NCBI GenBank assembly: GCA_050015075.1
Contig: JBEKCB010000035.1
Span: 1 to 53,226, forward strand
Length of the DNA: 53,226 nucleotides
Reading direction: 5' to 3'
From: Candidatus Brocadiia bacterium
GTDB lineage: Bacteria > Planctomycetota > Brocadiia > CAIUPP01
Part shown: piece after piece, positions 9,462 to 18,965 of the stretch
How positions within the stretch are numbered: position 1 is the stretch's first letter
Layout: every line of letters begins with the position of its first letter
Position numbers and translations under genes: made by a program
The notes under the pieces: generated by a model
What the model was told of the DNA's origin: nothing
What the model saw: only the letters and a program-made list of their open reading frames with translations
Database searches by the model: none

Positions 9462-10643
9462 TCAAGAGTGGTCGAGTTCCCAAACCGGAAAGTAGTATGG
9501 GAATACGTGCCGCAGGATCGCGCCGGCCTGTCCTGGAAGTTCAATCGCCTTCGCGGCAGGATGCGGCCCGAAGATCAACCGCGCAAGCTCCCGTCGCGTC
9601 AGGATGACCGGCTCCGCCGCCTCTTCGTCCGAGAATTCCACATCGCCCGCGCGAAACTTTATGGTGACCTGTTCGCCGGATTCCTTGCACGCCAGACGCA
9701 CAGTCCCATTCACCTCGGCCGAGCTTCTTCGCAGGTGATTCGCGATTCCGCGAAGCAATTTCTCCAGGCTGTTTACGCGAATCATCTGGTAGCCGACCCC
9801 GGCCGCCTGCTCGATGGGCCGCCCTGCGCCGCTCATCCTTTCCGCGAGGAGCGTTCCCAGGCTCGTCTGCGTCAAGGGGACGAGAGCTTGAACAGGGCTG
9901 TCGGAGCGCCGCTCTTCGAGCACGTGCCGGACGAGGTGCTCCAGGGCTTCCGGGCTGCCGCCGCCTTCGATGATCCCCGGCTTGTTCGTCCCCTGGCCCA
10001 ACATGAGGTAGGCGACCGTTTCTCGTCCCTCGTTCGCCAGAAAGGCAGTGATCCGCGGAAGGGAAAAGAGCGCCCGGTACTCGGCGGAGGTCCGAACGAT
10101 GCGGCAGCGCTCCGCGTCGTGGATTTTCATGACGGCGGCCAAAGCTTCGGTGTCCTGCGCCTCGTACCGCCTCACGGCGAACGACCTCTTCGCGAACAGT
10201 TCACGCTCTTCGGGCCGCAGATCATACACCCGCCCCTGCGAGGCAACCGCCTCCCAGTCGGCGTGCTGGTAGAACGGAAAGGTCCGCTCCAAAGTCCATA
10301 ATACGGACACCGGGCAATCTTCCTGCTCCATGACTCGAACGCAGTCTTGAAGGCAGGCCAGCGCATATCCTTTTCCGCGGCAGTCCGGGTGCGTGGCCGT
10401 TGCACTGACGATGCCGATCGTGAACCGGTCGCCGTGGGCGACGACCTCCCGAAGGAAGACCGGCACCTCCGAGACCACCTTGCCGCCGACCTTGATAATT
10501 CGCATGTGCCGGAGATTCGACTTGTCGAACACCAGCGGATAATCGCTGCGAATGTCCTGGCCTGTCCCTGCCCTGAACACGAGGTTGACGAGGGAGATCG
10601 CCTCGCCGAACTCGTCCTCCCGGCACGCTCGCGGACCGTCCAT
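9462..10643 (-). CDS. GNAT N-acetyltransferase, Eis-like architecture (GNAT plus SCP2-like C-terminus)
   Basis: TATHPDCRGKGYA acetyl-CoA motif, FYQHADW, C-terminal LARLIFG; start MDGPRAC at 10643 after GAGAGG. Confidence 0.7.
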   Translation of the reverse strand: MDGPRACREDEFGEAISLVNLVFRAGTGQDIRSDYPLVFDKSNLRHMRIIKVGGKVVSEVPVFLREVVAHGDRFTIGIVSATATHPDCRGKGYALACLQDCVRVMEQEDCPVSVLWTLERTFPFYQHADWEAVASQGRVYDLRPEERELFAKRSFAVRRYEAQDTEALAAVMKIHDAERCRIVRTSAEYRALFSLPRITAFLANEGRETVAYLMLGQGTNKPGIIEGGGSPEALEHLVRHVLEERRSDSPVQALVPLTQTSLGTLLAERMSGAGRPIEQAAGVGYQMIRVNSLEKLLRGIANHLRRSSAEVNGTVRLACKESGEQVTIKFRAGDVEFSDEEAAEPVILTRRELARLIFGPHPAAKAIELPGQAGAILRHVFPYYFPVWELDHS

Positions 10644-10770
10644 GCGATGTCCTCTCTCGTCGGATTCCCGGTGCCGAGCCGGCGGCCGGCGGCAGCCGAT
10701 TCCGCCGATGATTCTACCGTAATGCCGCGCGCATTCAAGCCTCGCCGCGAGCCGACGGCGGAGAGCCTGT

Positions 10771-10797
10771 TTGACTGCGGCAATTCGACCGTATAAT
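10771..10797 (+). promoter_or_regulatory. sigma70-like promoter
   Basis: TTGACT-N15-TATAAT; the spacer is slightly short. Confidence 0.5.
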
Positions 10798-10800
10798 CTC

Positions 10801-12216
10801 ATGTTCGAAAGCGGAACGTCTTTGGGAGGACGAGCAACGAAGACGGAGAACAGCCGCCCGTGCCGCGCGGGGTTCGGCCGGCGCGTGATCAATCCGAAAC
10901 GCGGAATCCCGCTGGCGGGATATTTCAATCCTCGGCCGAACACCGGCGTTCTGGACGACCTGCAGGTGAAGGTGTTGCTCATCGAGTGCGGAGGCGCGGT
11001 CGTGGGGCTGATCTCGTACGATCTGCTGATCGTGCCTCTCCTGCTCATTTCGAAAGTGCGCGCGGCGCTGAAACGGGAAAGATATCCTTTCGCGGAGACG
11101 ATTCCCCTGTGCGCTACGCACACGCACACCGGCCCGGACGTGGGCGAGATCTTCGACATGGCCCGCCGCCACGAGGCCTACCTGGATTTCATCGTTGAGG
11201 AGACTTCGGCCGCAGTAAGGGAAGCGTTGGCCGACCTGGCGCCGGCGGAGATCGCCGCCGGAGTTGCGGAGGAGAATCCCTTCGCCTTCAACCGCCGCTA
11301 CTGGATGAAGGACGGGAAGGTGGTCACCAATCCCGGCAAGATGAACCCCGATGTCATCAAGCCTGAAGGTCCGGTGGACCGCCATGTGGGTGTCCTGGAA
11401 TTTGGACGCAACGGGAAGATCGCCGGGCTGATTGTGAACATCTGCAACCACGCCGACACGACCGGCGGCGACCGGGTCTCAGCGGACTGGCCGGGCCACC
11501 TGGAACGTGCGGTCCAGGAACACCTTGGAAGCAGGGTCCCGGTGCTGACGCTGATCAGCCCGGCGGGAAACATCAACCACATTGACGTCAACGACCCGAG
11601 CCGGCCGGTGTACGGCTATGCGGCGTCCCGCGACATAGGCCGCGGATATGCCGAGATCGCCTGCCGCCTGCTGGGCGCGCTGCAGCCGGTGCGTTGCGAT
11701 AAGCCGGCGCTCAGCGTGAAGCCGGTGATTATCGGCAAACGAAGGTTTGCGGACGGCCAACTGCAGGCCGCCCGCGCTTTGATGCGGGAAGCGAAGGAAG
11801 TCGCGCCCGGGAACCTCACCGCCGAGGACCTGGCCCGAGGAGACCAGAGCGCGGAGCGGTTTTTCGCGGAACAGCTTGCAGCTTACGTGGAGCAGATGCC
11901 GGAGGCCGGGCGCCGGTTCGACTGCGCGGCGCTGAAGCTGTCGGACAAGGTCGCGATGGTTTTCCTGCCCGGGGAGAATTTCGCCGAAATCGGCATGGCG
12001 ATCAGGAAGGCATCTCCGTATCCGTTGACGTTCGTGGTCAGCTTGTCCAACGGCGACTGCGGATACGTGGCGCCCAGGGAATGTTTCGCGCATGGCGGAT
12101 ACGAGGTGCTCCCGGTGGTCGGCGGCGGGCCGCCGGAAGACACGGCCGACCTGCTGATCGCAACGGCAGGTGAACTCCTCAAAGGGCAGGCGGCTTTACG
12201 CTTCAAAGATCCATAA
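10801..12216 (+). CDS. Neutral/alkaline ceramidase-family hydrolase; true start may be ACG at 10837
   Basis: AGFGRRVINP, CATHTHTGP, FNRR, CNHAD, SADWPG, PGENF, SNGDCGY motifs. Confidence 0.75.
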   Translation: MFESGTSLGGRATKTENSRPCRAGFGRRVINPKRGIPLAGYFNPRPNTGVLDDLQVKVLLIECGGAVVGLISYDLLIVPLLLISKVRAALKRERYPFAETIPLCATHTHTGPDVGEIFDMARRHEAYLDFIVEETSAAVREALADLAPAEIAAGVAEENPFAFNRRYWMKDGKVVTNPGKMNPDVIKPEGPVDRHVGVLEFGRNGKIAGLIVNICNHADTTGGDRVSADWPGHLERAVQEHLGSRVPVLTLISPAGNINHIDVNDPSRPVYGYAASRDIGRGYAEIACRLLGALQPVRCDKPALSVKPVIIGKRRFADGQLQAARALMREAKEVAPGNLTAEDLARGDQSAERFFAEQLAAYVEQMPEAGRRFDCAALKLSDKVAMVFLPGENFAEIGMAIRKASPYPLTFVVSLSNGDCGYVAPRECFAHGGYEVLPVVGGGPPEDTADLLIATAGELLKGQAALRFKDP

Positions 12217-12235
12217 TCCCGAAGGAGAGGCGTTG

Positions 12236-13174
12236 ATGGCGAAAAAGACAGGCGTGAAAAGGAAGTCCGCGGACAAAACGATCTGGTCCGCCACGCCCAC
12301 TCCATTCCTGGCGGACGGCGCGCTCGACCTGGCTTCCCTGGATAAAGTGATAGACCAACACCTTCGCCTGGGCGTCACGGGCCTTTTCATGGCCGGCAGT
12401 TGCGGCGAAGGGCCGCTGATGCTCAACGCTCAGCGCGACGAACTCGTCCGGGCAACCCGGCGCCTGGCGGGGAAACGGCTGCACATTGCGGTGCAGGTTT
12501 CCGACACCTCCGCCGCGCGGGTGCGCGACAACATCGCCCGAGCCGAGGACGCCGGGGCTGACTCGGTGGTCATCGCCCCGCCATGGCTCATGCGCTTCGC
12601 CACGGAGGGATTCGTCCGGCGTTATTTCACCGAACCCATGGAAGCCGCGACGCTGCCGGTGGGCGTCTACGTCCTCAAGCAGCCCGCCGATTCCGTGCTC
12701 GACCTGGCGCTGTGGACCGAGATCGCGTCGCATCCGAAAGTCAGCTACATCAAGGATTCTTCCTCCACGCCGGAGTACAGGAAAGCGTTCGTGGCGCTTA
12801 AGACGAAGCGCCCCGCGCTTCTTCTGGAGACGGGGGACGAATTTGACGTGGTCAACTACGCGGCCTCCGGGTACGACGGGTGCCTCCTCGGCACGGGCAT
12901 TCTCATCGGCGGGCTGATCCGGCAGGCACTCGACGCCCTGGTCGCAGGCGATCGTCCCGCCGCCGACGCCTGGCAGAAGCGCTCCAATGAATTTCTCTGG
13001 GACCTCTTCGCCAGGGATATCAGCCTCTGGATGGGCGGCTTGAAATACGCCCTTCACCGTCTGGGCATCTTCAGAACCGAATTCATGCACTTGGATTATC
13101 CCATCACGACGGCGGACCGAAAACGCATTGACGCCGCCCTCGAACGCGAGCGCCCATACATCCGGCCTGAGTGA
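12236..13174 (+). CDS. Dihydrodipicolinate synthase / N-acetylneuraminate lyase family protein
   Basis: TPTPF, GSCGEG, GADSVVIAPP, YIKDSS Schiff-base lysine, TGDE. Confidence 0.85.
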   Translation: MAKKTGVKRKSADKTIWSATPTPFLADGALDLASLDKVIDQHLRLGVTGLFMAGSCGEGPLMLNAQRDELVRATRRLAGKRLHIAVQVSDTSAARVRDNIARAEDAGADSVVIAPPWLMRFATEGFVRRYFTEPMEAATLPVGVYVLKQPADSVLDLALWTEIASHPKVSYIKDSSSTPEYRKAFVALKTKRPALLLETGDEFDVVNYAASGYDGCLLGTGILIGGLIRQALDALVAGDRPAADAWQKRSNEFLWDLFARDISLWMGGLKYALHRLGIFRTEFMHLDYPITTADRKRIDAALERERPYIRPE

Positions 13175-13196
13175 GCCGGACGCAAGGAGAACCAGG

Positions 13197-13637
13197 ATGC
13201 GATACAAGGAAACCGGTGAAGTGCACATGGACTTCCATCGGACGACCAACGGAACCATTGCCTACCTCCGAAAGACATACGGCGAGAAGTTCCTCGACGA
13301 GGTCTTCCGCCGCACTGCGCAGGACGTGTACCGCTCGATACATGCCGATCTCCGGCGCGGCGACCCGGAGCAACTGGTCGAGCACTGGTCCCACTTCTTC
13401 GACCGCGAGAAAGGCGAGTACCTCATTGAACGGAAAGGCGAGGAAATCCGGATGACGGTCAAACGGTGTCCGGCGATCGCCTATCTCCAGACCCGCGGGA
13501 TCGAAATTGACCCCGCATTCTGCCGCCAGACCGTTGTGATCAACGCCGCCCTGGCCGAAGGCACTCCGTTCGACATCGTCACCGAGGTGCTGGGCGGCGG
13601 CCGGTGCGTTCAGACGATACGGAGGGTGAAGAAATGA
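13197..13637 (+). CDS. Small Cys-containing protein, possibly V4R / ATC-hydrolase-like fold
   Basis: AAGGAG RBS; KRCPAI, FCRQT and GRCVQ cysteine spacing typical of V4R-like folds. Confidence 0.55.
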   Translation: MRYKETGEVHMDFHRTTNGTIAYLRKTYGEKFLDEVFRRTAQDVYRSIHADLRRGDPEQLVEHWSHFFDREKGEYLIERKGEEIRMTVKRCPAIAYLQTRGIEIDPAFCRQTVVINAALAEGTPFDIVTEVLGGGRCVQTIRRVKK

Positions 13638-14161
13638 TCCCGAGCGACCATTTTGTCCGATTCTACAACGAGGTCTTCAAGGCGCTTGAAGCGAGGGGAC
13701 ATGAATGCCTCGTCGCCTACTGGCGGGAGCTTGGACGGTTGCAGTCGGTCGAGCTTGCGGACCGGTTCCGCGCGGGCGGGCTCAAGGCGGCGCTGGAGTA
13801 CTGGAAGCGGATCGTGATCGAAGAGAACTGCGAGAGTTCCATGGTGGACCACGGCGACTACTTCGAGTTCCACATGATCCGCTGCCCAAGCCTCTCTAAA
13901 GTGCTCGACAACGACGCCCGCCCCTGCGAGTTTTATTGCGACCACTGCATGGGCTGGGTGGAACCTGTCATGAAGGCCTCCGGCCTCTATGCCGTCATGG
14001 ACATGGAGTCGAGGACTGAGCCGCACTGCACCTTCCGCGTCTTCAGCGATAAAGCCAAGGCCATGGAGTTTGAGCGGAAAGCCCGGCTCCTCTCCAAGCC
14101 GTACGATGCAGCCGCCGCTCCGGCCGGCGAGTCCGGCTTCGCGAAACGCCGAAAAAGCTGA
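13634..14161 (+). CDS. Small Cys-containing protein, possibly V4R / ATC-hydrolase-like fold, coupled to the upstream gene
   Basis: ATGA overlap with the previous stop; RCPS, YCDHCMGW, HCTF. Confidence 0.55.
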   Translation: MIPSDHFVRFYNEVFKALEARGHECLVAYWRELGRLQSVELADRFRAGGLKAALEYWKRIVIEENCESSMVDHGDYFEFHMIRCPSLSKVLDNDARPCEFYCDHCMGWVEPVMKASGLYAVMDMESRTEPHCTFRVFSDKAKAMEFERKARLLSKPYDAAAAPAGESGFAKRRKS

Positions 14162-14359
14162 CTCGGCTCCCTCACGCGCGCCGAGGCGCATCTTCCAGTC
14201 GCGAACTCGCTTGCCGATACAGTCTTGCGGAACAAGGCTTGGTCTGTTGGGGCGGCCGCTTCGCTTGCTTTTGCGTTGGCGGAAGGTAAACTACGGCGGA
14301 AAGGTTCACGGCGGTCGTGAACGTCATATAGGAAATTCCGGTCCAAGGAGGTTGCGCAT

Positions 14360-15106
14360 ATGAAGAAGTTCCCGCTGGGCATTCAGCTCTTCACCGTACG
14401 CGACGAGTGCAAGAAGGACCTCAAGGGGACACTCACGGCTTTGGCGAAGCTGGGCTACCAGGGCGTCGAGTTCGCCCTGGAGTACGGCGGCATGACGCCG
14501 GAGCCACTGGCCGCCTTCCTGAAGCAACTCGGCCTTCGGTGTTGCGGAATTCATACCTCGCTCGCAGAACTCCTGGCGGAAGGCAGCGATTCCTACAAGT
14601 ACGCCAAGGCCATGCAATCGCCGTTCATTACGACGAGTTGCGCCGGCGAGGTCGCCAAGGACTGGAAGGGAACGATCGAGAAGCTCAAGCAGGCCGGCCG
14701 GGTCGCGCAGTCCGCCGGCGTCGCCTTCACCTACCACAACCACGCGCCGGAGTTTCAGATGGTAGATGGGCAGTACGCGCTCGACATGCTCTACGCCACC
14801 ACGGACCCGAAGACGGTCAAAGCCGAGCTGGACACGTACTGGATCAAGAAAGGCGGGGCGGACCCGGCGGCGTATATTCGGAAGTGCAAGGCCCGCGTGC
14901 CGCAGATTCACCTCAAAGATATGGACCCCGCCGACGGCAGCTTCACAGAGGTCGGTGCGGGACTTATTGACCTCGCCGCTGTCTTTCAGGCCTCTCAGGA
15001 GGCCGGCGCCCAGTGGATGATCTACGAGCAGGACAGGTGCAAGCGCCCGCCTCTTGAAAGCGCGAAAATCACAATCGAAAACCTGCGCAAAGCCAAACTT
15101 GTCTGA
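14360..15106 (+). CDS. Sugar phosphate isomerase/epimerase (xylose isomerase-like TIM barrel)
   Basis: GIQLFTVRD, GYQGVEF, YHNH..EF, ELDTYW, HLKD, YEQD; AAGGAGG RBS. Confidence 0.9.
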   Translation: MKKFPLGIQLFTVRDECKKDLKGTLTALAKLGYQGVEFALEYGGMTPEPLAAFLKQLGLRCCGIHTSLAELLAEGSDSYKYAKAMQSPFITTSCAGEVAKDWKGTIEKLKQAGRVAQSAGVAFTYHNHAPEFQMVDGQYALDMLYATTDPKTVKAELDTYWIKKGGADPAAYIRKCKARVPQIHLKDMDPADGSFTEVGAGLIDLAAVFQASQEAGAQWMIYEQDRCKRPPLESAKITIENLRKAKLV

Positions 15107-15237
15107 CAAGCCGCATGGGAATCTCAGCGGTGACGCATGCGATGGCGCGGGGCCCGAAGCAGGATCCCGGACGCACCAGCCCTCGTCGCCGCCTCGTGGA
15201 TCAATGAGCGGCGGGGATTCAGCCTCAGGATTGAGCC

Positions 15238-17727
15238 GTGATCACTTTCCATCTTATAGGTAACGCACATCTCGACCCCGTCTGGCTATGGGACTGGCGC
15301 GAGGGTTTGAACGAAGGCATCGCGACCTGCCGGGCGGTCCTGGACCTCATGGAGGAGTTTCCCGAACTCACCTTCTCCCGGGGCGAGGCGGCGATCTACG
15401 AGCACATCGAGCGTTACGACCCGAAGACCTTTCGGCGCATTCTCCGCCGGGTGCAGGAAGGGCGGTGGGAGGTGGTCGGCGGCACGTACGTCCAGCCGGA
15501 CACCAACCTGCCGGCGACCGAGCTGCTGCTGCGCCACTTCGAGGAAGGCTTATCCTACTTTGGGCGAGCGCTCGGCCGGAGGCCCACGGTAGCGTGGGCG
15601 CCCGATTCTTTCGGCCACAGCGCAGGGTGGCCCGAGATCTACAAGACCGCGGGGATGAACTCGTTCGTCTTTTCGCGGCCCTCCCAGGCGCAGCGACCCT
15701 TGCCCAAGCCGGCATTCTGGTGGGAAGGACGCAGCGGCGCGCGGGTCTTGGCCTATCGCATTCCCGTGGGCTGGTATGGCTGCGAGCGCGACGAGATGAA
15801 GCGGCGTCTGGATGGATACCTGGCCGAGGCGCACACGTGGGGGCTGGAGAATGTGGCCGTCTTTTACGGCCTGGGCAATCACGGCGGAGGCCCCAGCCGT
15901 CGTCACCTCCTGGACATACGCGCCTGGGCGGCGGCCCATCCCGAGGTGCCCCTGGTTCACTCCACCCTGCACCGCTTCTTTGCCGCCTTGCGCCGGGAGA
16001 TCGGCCGCAAGGGCCCGCGCTTCCTGCCGGTCCATCGAGGGGAACTGAATTTCTGCCTGCGCGGCTGCTATGCCTCGGTCGCCCGATTCAAGTTTGCGTA
16101 CCGCAGGACGGAATCGAAGCTGATCTCGGCGGAGCGCACCGGCGCCGTCATCCGGGCGGCTACCGGCGCCGCGGCTTCCGATTCGCGCCCGGCATGGAAG
16201 GCGGTGCTCTTCAACAGCTTCCACGACATCCTGCCCGGCTCGAGCATCGAGCGCGCCTATGACGACCAGTTGGCCTGGCTGGGCAGCGCCTGGCATGACA
16301 GCCAGCAGCGGGAACTCCAGGCGCTCAATGCGTTAGCCGCCCGTATTGACACCAGCGTGCGCCGTCCCCAAGGCGACAAACCCTGTGGCGTGCCGATCCT
16401 GGTCTGGAACCCTCATCCCGTTCCGTACCGAGGGCACGTGGAACTTGAGGCGAGCCTGGACTACCGGCCGATCTGGCGTTACCAGGGCCGGGTCAGCGAG
16501 TTGCCCGTCCGGATTCTCGGACCGAGCCGAAAGCCGCTGCAGTTTCAACGGGTTGCCACGGAGTCCGAGGCTTTTGCGAACCTGGCATGGCGCCAACGCG
16601 CAGTCGCGCGCCTGGAAATCCCGCCGCTGGGCTGGACGGTCGTCGAAATGGGTTATGAGGAAGGCTTCCGTCCGCCGCGCATCGCCTCGGCCGTGTCGGC
16701 CCCGAAGCGCGGAGTGATCACCAACGGCCTGTACACCATTCAGGCGCGCAAAGGGGCCAGGGGAATTGCCATTACGCACAAAGCGGGGCCGCTGCTCGCG
16801 TCGCCGGGGCTCACGGCTGTGACCGTGGAAGACCGCTACGGATCGTGGGGCGCGATGAATGAAGAGCCGGAGTCTCTGGATTTGTCGAACGTGCTCCACT
16901 CCTGGAAAATATCCGACGTGCGGACGGTGGAAGGCGGCCCCGAACGCGCCATGTTGTGGGTGCGTCTGCGCGGAGGCAACTCGCGGCTGGACCTTTGCAT
17001 GAGCCTCTGCCGCGAGCGCGACGCGGTGGACGTGGCCGCGCGCGTGCTCTGGGACGAGCGAGCCGCGCGTCTGAAGCTTGTCATGCCCGGCGCCGACCGA
17101 GCCGAGTTTGAAGTGCCCGGGGGAACGGTCAAACGCGGTCCCTGCGGAGAAGTGCCCGGCGGGCGCTGGGTGCGCACGGACGGCCGTCGCGGGAGCTTCG
17201 GCTTTGCCAGCGATGCTTTGTACTGCTTTGACCTGAAAGAAAACGCCCTGCGGGTTACCGTGGCGCGGGCCAGCCGGTATGCCAGCGACGCTCCCTCTCC
17301 GGCGAACGCAGAGCCTTGGCGTCCGACCGTGGACGCAGGGGAACTGCGATTTCGCTTCCTCTTGACACGAGACGTCAGGAGTCTGCCGAGACTGTCGGCC
17401 GAGTTGGAGCAGCCTCCCGTGACGCTGCTGTGCGCGAGCCATTCCGGCGCCCTGGCGCGCCGCGGATCATTGGCGTCCTTGTCGCCGGCGTCCCTGAAAC
17501 TCCTTGCCCTCGCGACCTCAGCCGACGGCAAGGCGTGGATTCTGCGCCTGCAGGAAACATCCGGACGCGCCGTAACGCCACACTGCACGTGGCTCGGTCA
17601 GCGGTTAAGACTCTCGCCCCTTGCGCCCTATGCCATAGGCGCCTGGCGCCTGACTTCAAGCAGGCGCGGGTGGAAGTCAACGTCTCTCCCGGGCGGACTT
17701 GATCTTGTCCCGCCTCGCGCTCGTTAG
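15238..17727 (+). CDS. Alpha-mannosidase, glycoside hydrolase family 38
   Basis: NAHLDPVWLW, WAPDSFGH, YGLGNHGGGP, FHDILPGSSI. Confidence 0.92.
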   Translation: MITFHLIGNAHLDPVWLWDWREGLNEGIATCRAVLDLMEEFPELTFSRGEAAIYEHIERYDPKTFRRILRRVQEGRWEVVGGTYVQPDTNLPATELLLRHFEEGLSYFGRALGRRPTVAWAPDSFGHSAGWPEIYKTAGMNSFVFSRPSQAQRPLPKPAFWWEGRSGARVLAYRIPVGWYGCERDEMKRRLDGYLAEAHTWGLENVAVFYGLGNHGGGPSRRHLLDIRAWAAAHPEVPLVHSTLHRFFAALRREIGRKGPRFLPVHRGELNFCLRGCYASVARFKFAYRRTESKLISAERTGAVIRAATGAAASDSRPAWKAVLFNSFHDILPGSSIERAYDDQLAWLGSAWHDSQQRELQALNALAARIDTSVRRPQGDKPCGVPILVWNPHPVPYRGHVELEASLDYRPIWRYQGRVSELPVRILGPSRKPLQFQRVATESEAFANLAWRQRAVARLEIPPLGWTVVEMGYEEGFRPPRIASAVSAPKRGVITNGLYTIQARKGARGIAITHKAGPLLASPGLTAVTVEDRYGSWGAMNEEPESLDLSNVLHSWKISDVRTVEGGPERAMLWVRLRGGNSRLDLCMSLCRERDAVDVAARVLWDERAARLKLVMPGADRAEFEVPGGTVKRGPCGEVPGGRWVRTDGRRGSFGFASDALYCFDLKENALRVTVARASRYASDAPSPANAEPWRPTVDAGELRFRFLLTRDVRSLPRLSAELEQPPVTLLCASHSGALARRGSLASLSPASLKLLALATSADGKAWILRLQETSGRAVTPHCTWLGQRLRLSPLAPYAIGAWRLTSSRRGWKSTSLPGGLDLVPPRAR

Positions 17728-17735
17728 AGCAAAGG

Positions 17736-17800
17736 CGGGGCAACTCACATTTGTTTGGACCGTCCGTCACCGTCATAGTGCCGTTTCTGGCCGTGTTCCT
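17736..17800 (+). repeat. Cassette left-flank motif, copy A (homologous to 45863-45927)
   Basis: 44/65 ungapped identity by manual alignment; translates RGNSHLFGPSVTVIVPFLAVFL versus RGNWRKFEPSATTVVPFVSLFL. Confidence 0.65.
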
Positions 17801-17815
17801 CGACGCGTATTCCGG

Positions 17816-18349
17816 CTAAACTTCAAGGTCACGGTCCTCTTCAAGATCCTTGATATAGCAATCCAGATTGCTGGAGATCTTCTCGAAGACCGCAGGCAAA
17901 TAGGGCGCCAGGTCTTGGAAGGACGGATGATCGCCAACAGGACCCCCGTGGTAGGAACGCATGTGCTCAAGAATCGCACGGCGTTCCTTTTCCGAAATCA
18001 TTTCCATCGGATCACGTTCCCGGTAATCATGGTAAGGTGACAGATGGATGAATGAACAACCGAAAAGGTAAACTGATCGCGTCCAGGATTGAAGCTCATT
18101 GGCCAAGTCAACCATTTCTTTGTCGGTTACGCGCCACTTGCGGCCTGCAACGCAATCCTCGATCAACTCATCCCGACGCTGACGATCCGAAATGGATAGC
18201 AGATAAATTACCCGCACCATCGAATCAAGTTCCTGCCGAAGGATGCTGACAATTTGGCCGTGAAGCCCTGAGAGGCGTTCCACTGCCTTACGGTGTTCGT
18301 CTGATCGCTGCCGCACTTGTCGGCAGAAAACCGCAACATGGTTCGCCAA
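17816..18349 (-). CDS. Hypothetical helical protein, HEPN/DUF5677-like; cassette cargo
   Basis: Lower GC than flanks; TTG start at 18349 behind GGGAGG; SILRQELDSMVRVIYL and YLFGCSFIH motifs. Confidence 0.6.
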   Translation of the reverse strand: MANHVAVFCRQVRQRSDEHRKAVERLSGLHGQIVSILRQELDSMVRVIYLLSISDRQRRDELIEDCVAGRKWRVTDKEMVDLANELQSWTRSVYLFGCSFIHLSPYHDYRERDPMEMISEKERRAILEHMRSYHGGPVGDHPSFQDLAPYLPAVFEKISSNLDCYIKDLEEDRDLEV

Positions 18350-18437
18350 TCCGCTCTCCTCCCGTGCAAGTTCGAACCGTTCGTCACGAACCGGCGAATT
18401 GTAACTCACTGTCTGGCATGAAGAAAGCCCTGTGCCT
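18347..18437 (-). promoter_or_regulatory. Shared cassette leader, copy A (promoter -10, SD and TTG start); homologous to 46721-46811
   Basis: 69/91 ungapped identity with the last 20 nt identical; minus strand carries TACAAT, GGGAGG and CGGATTG. Confidence 0.8.
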
Positions 18438-18530
18438 TGCAGGTGACGTCACCAGAAGTGCTTCGCCGCAAAGGCATGGCCGGAGCCGAATTTCAGGTAT
18501 CGCTCGAATGGACTCTGCGCGCGCGGAGTT

Positions 18531-18965
18531 TCACTCCGAAGTCCAACTGGTGATGTTATCATCCGCGCCATCCTGGCCGCTCGGCCCGAAGGAATGGAGG
18601 TCGAAGCCGTCCGTGTTGTGCGTGCCGGGGCAGGCGTAAACGTAAGGATTGCCCCAGGGGTCATTCCGGACGGCTTTCTGGACGTAAGGGCCATGCCACC
18701 CGGTCAGTCCGCCGGGAGCGACGCTCAGCGCGCCCAGTCCTTCGGCGGAGGTCGGGTAGCGGCCGTTGTCCACCTCGAAGGCGCTGAGCGCCGTGCCTAA
18801 TAGTGAGATGTCCGTCGTGGCCTGCACGAACTTGGCCTGCGTTGCGCGACGGGCGTACAGCGGCACCACCACCGACGCCAGCGCGGTGAGGATCACCAGC
18901 ACGAGCAGCAGCTCGATCAGCGTAAAGCCCTGTGCCGCGCGACGTCGAATCAAGCGAAGTTTCAT
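18531..18965 (-). CDS. gspG: Type II secretion major pseudopilin GspG (orphan)
   Basis: GFTLIELLLVL prepilin site, FEVDNGRYPT..GL.AL, W.GPY, DPWGNPYVY, SFGPSGQDG.DDNI. Confidence 0.9.
   Translation of the reverse strand: MKLRLIRRRAAQGFTLIELLLVLVILTALASVVVPLYARRATQAKFVQATTDISLLGTALSAFEVDNGRYPTSAEGLGALSVAPGGLTGWHGPYVQKAVRNDPWGNPYVYACPGTHNTDGFDLHSFGPSGQDGADDNITSWTSE

Noticed and set aside
17736-18437. Classical integron attC sites around the cargo genes
   Set aside because: No RYYYAAC...GTTRRRY palindromic attC structure and no intI were seen; the flanks are direct-repeat, promoter-bearing motifs.
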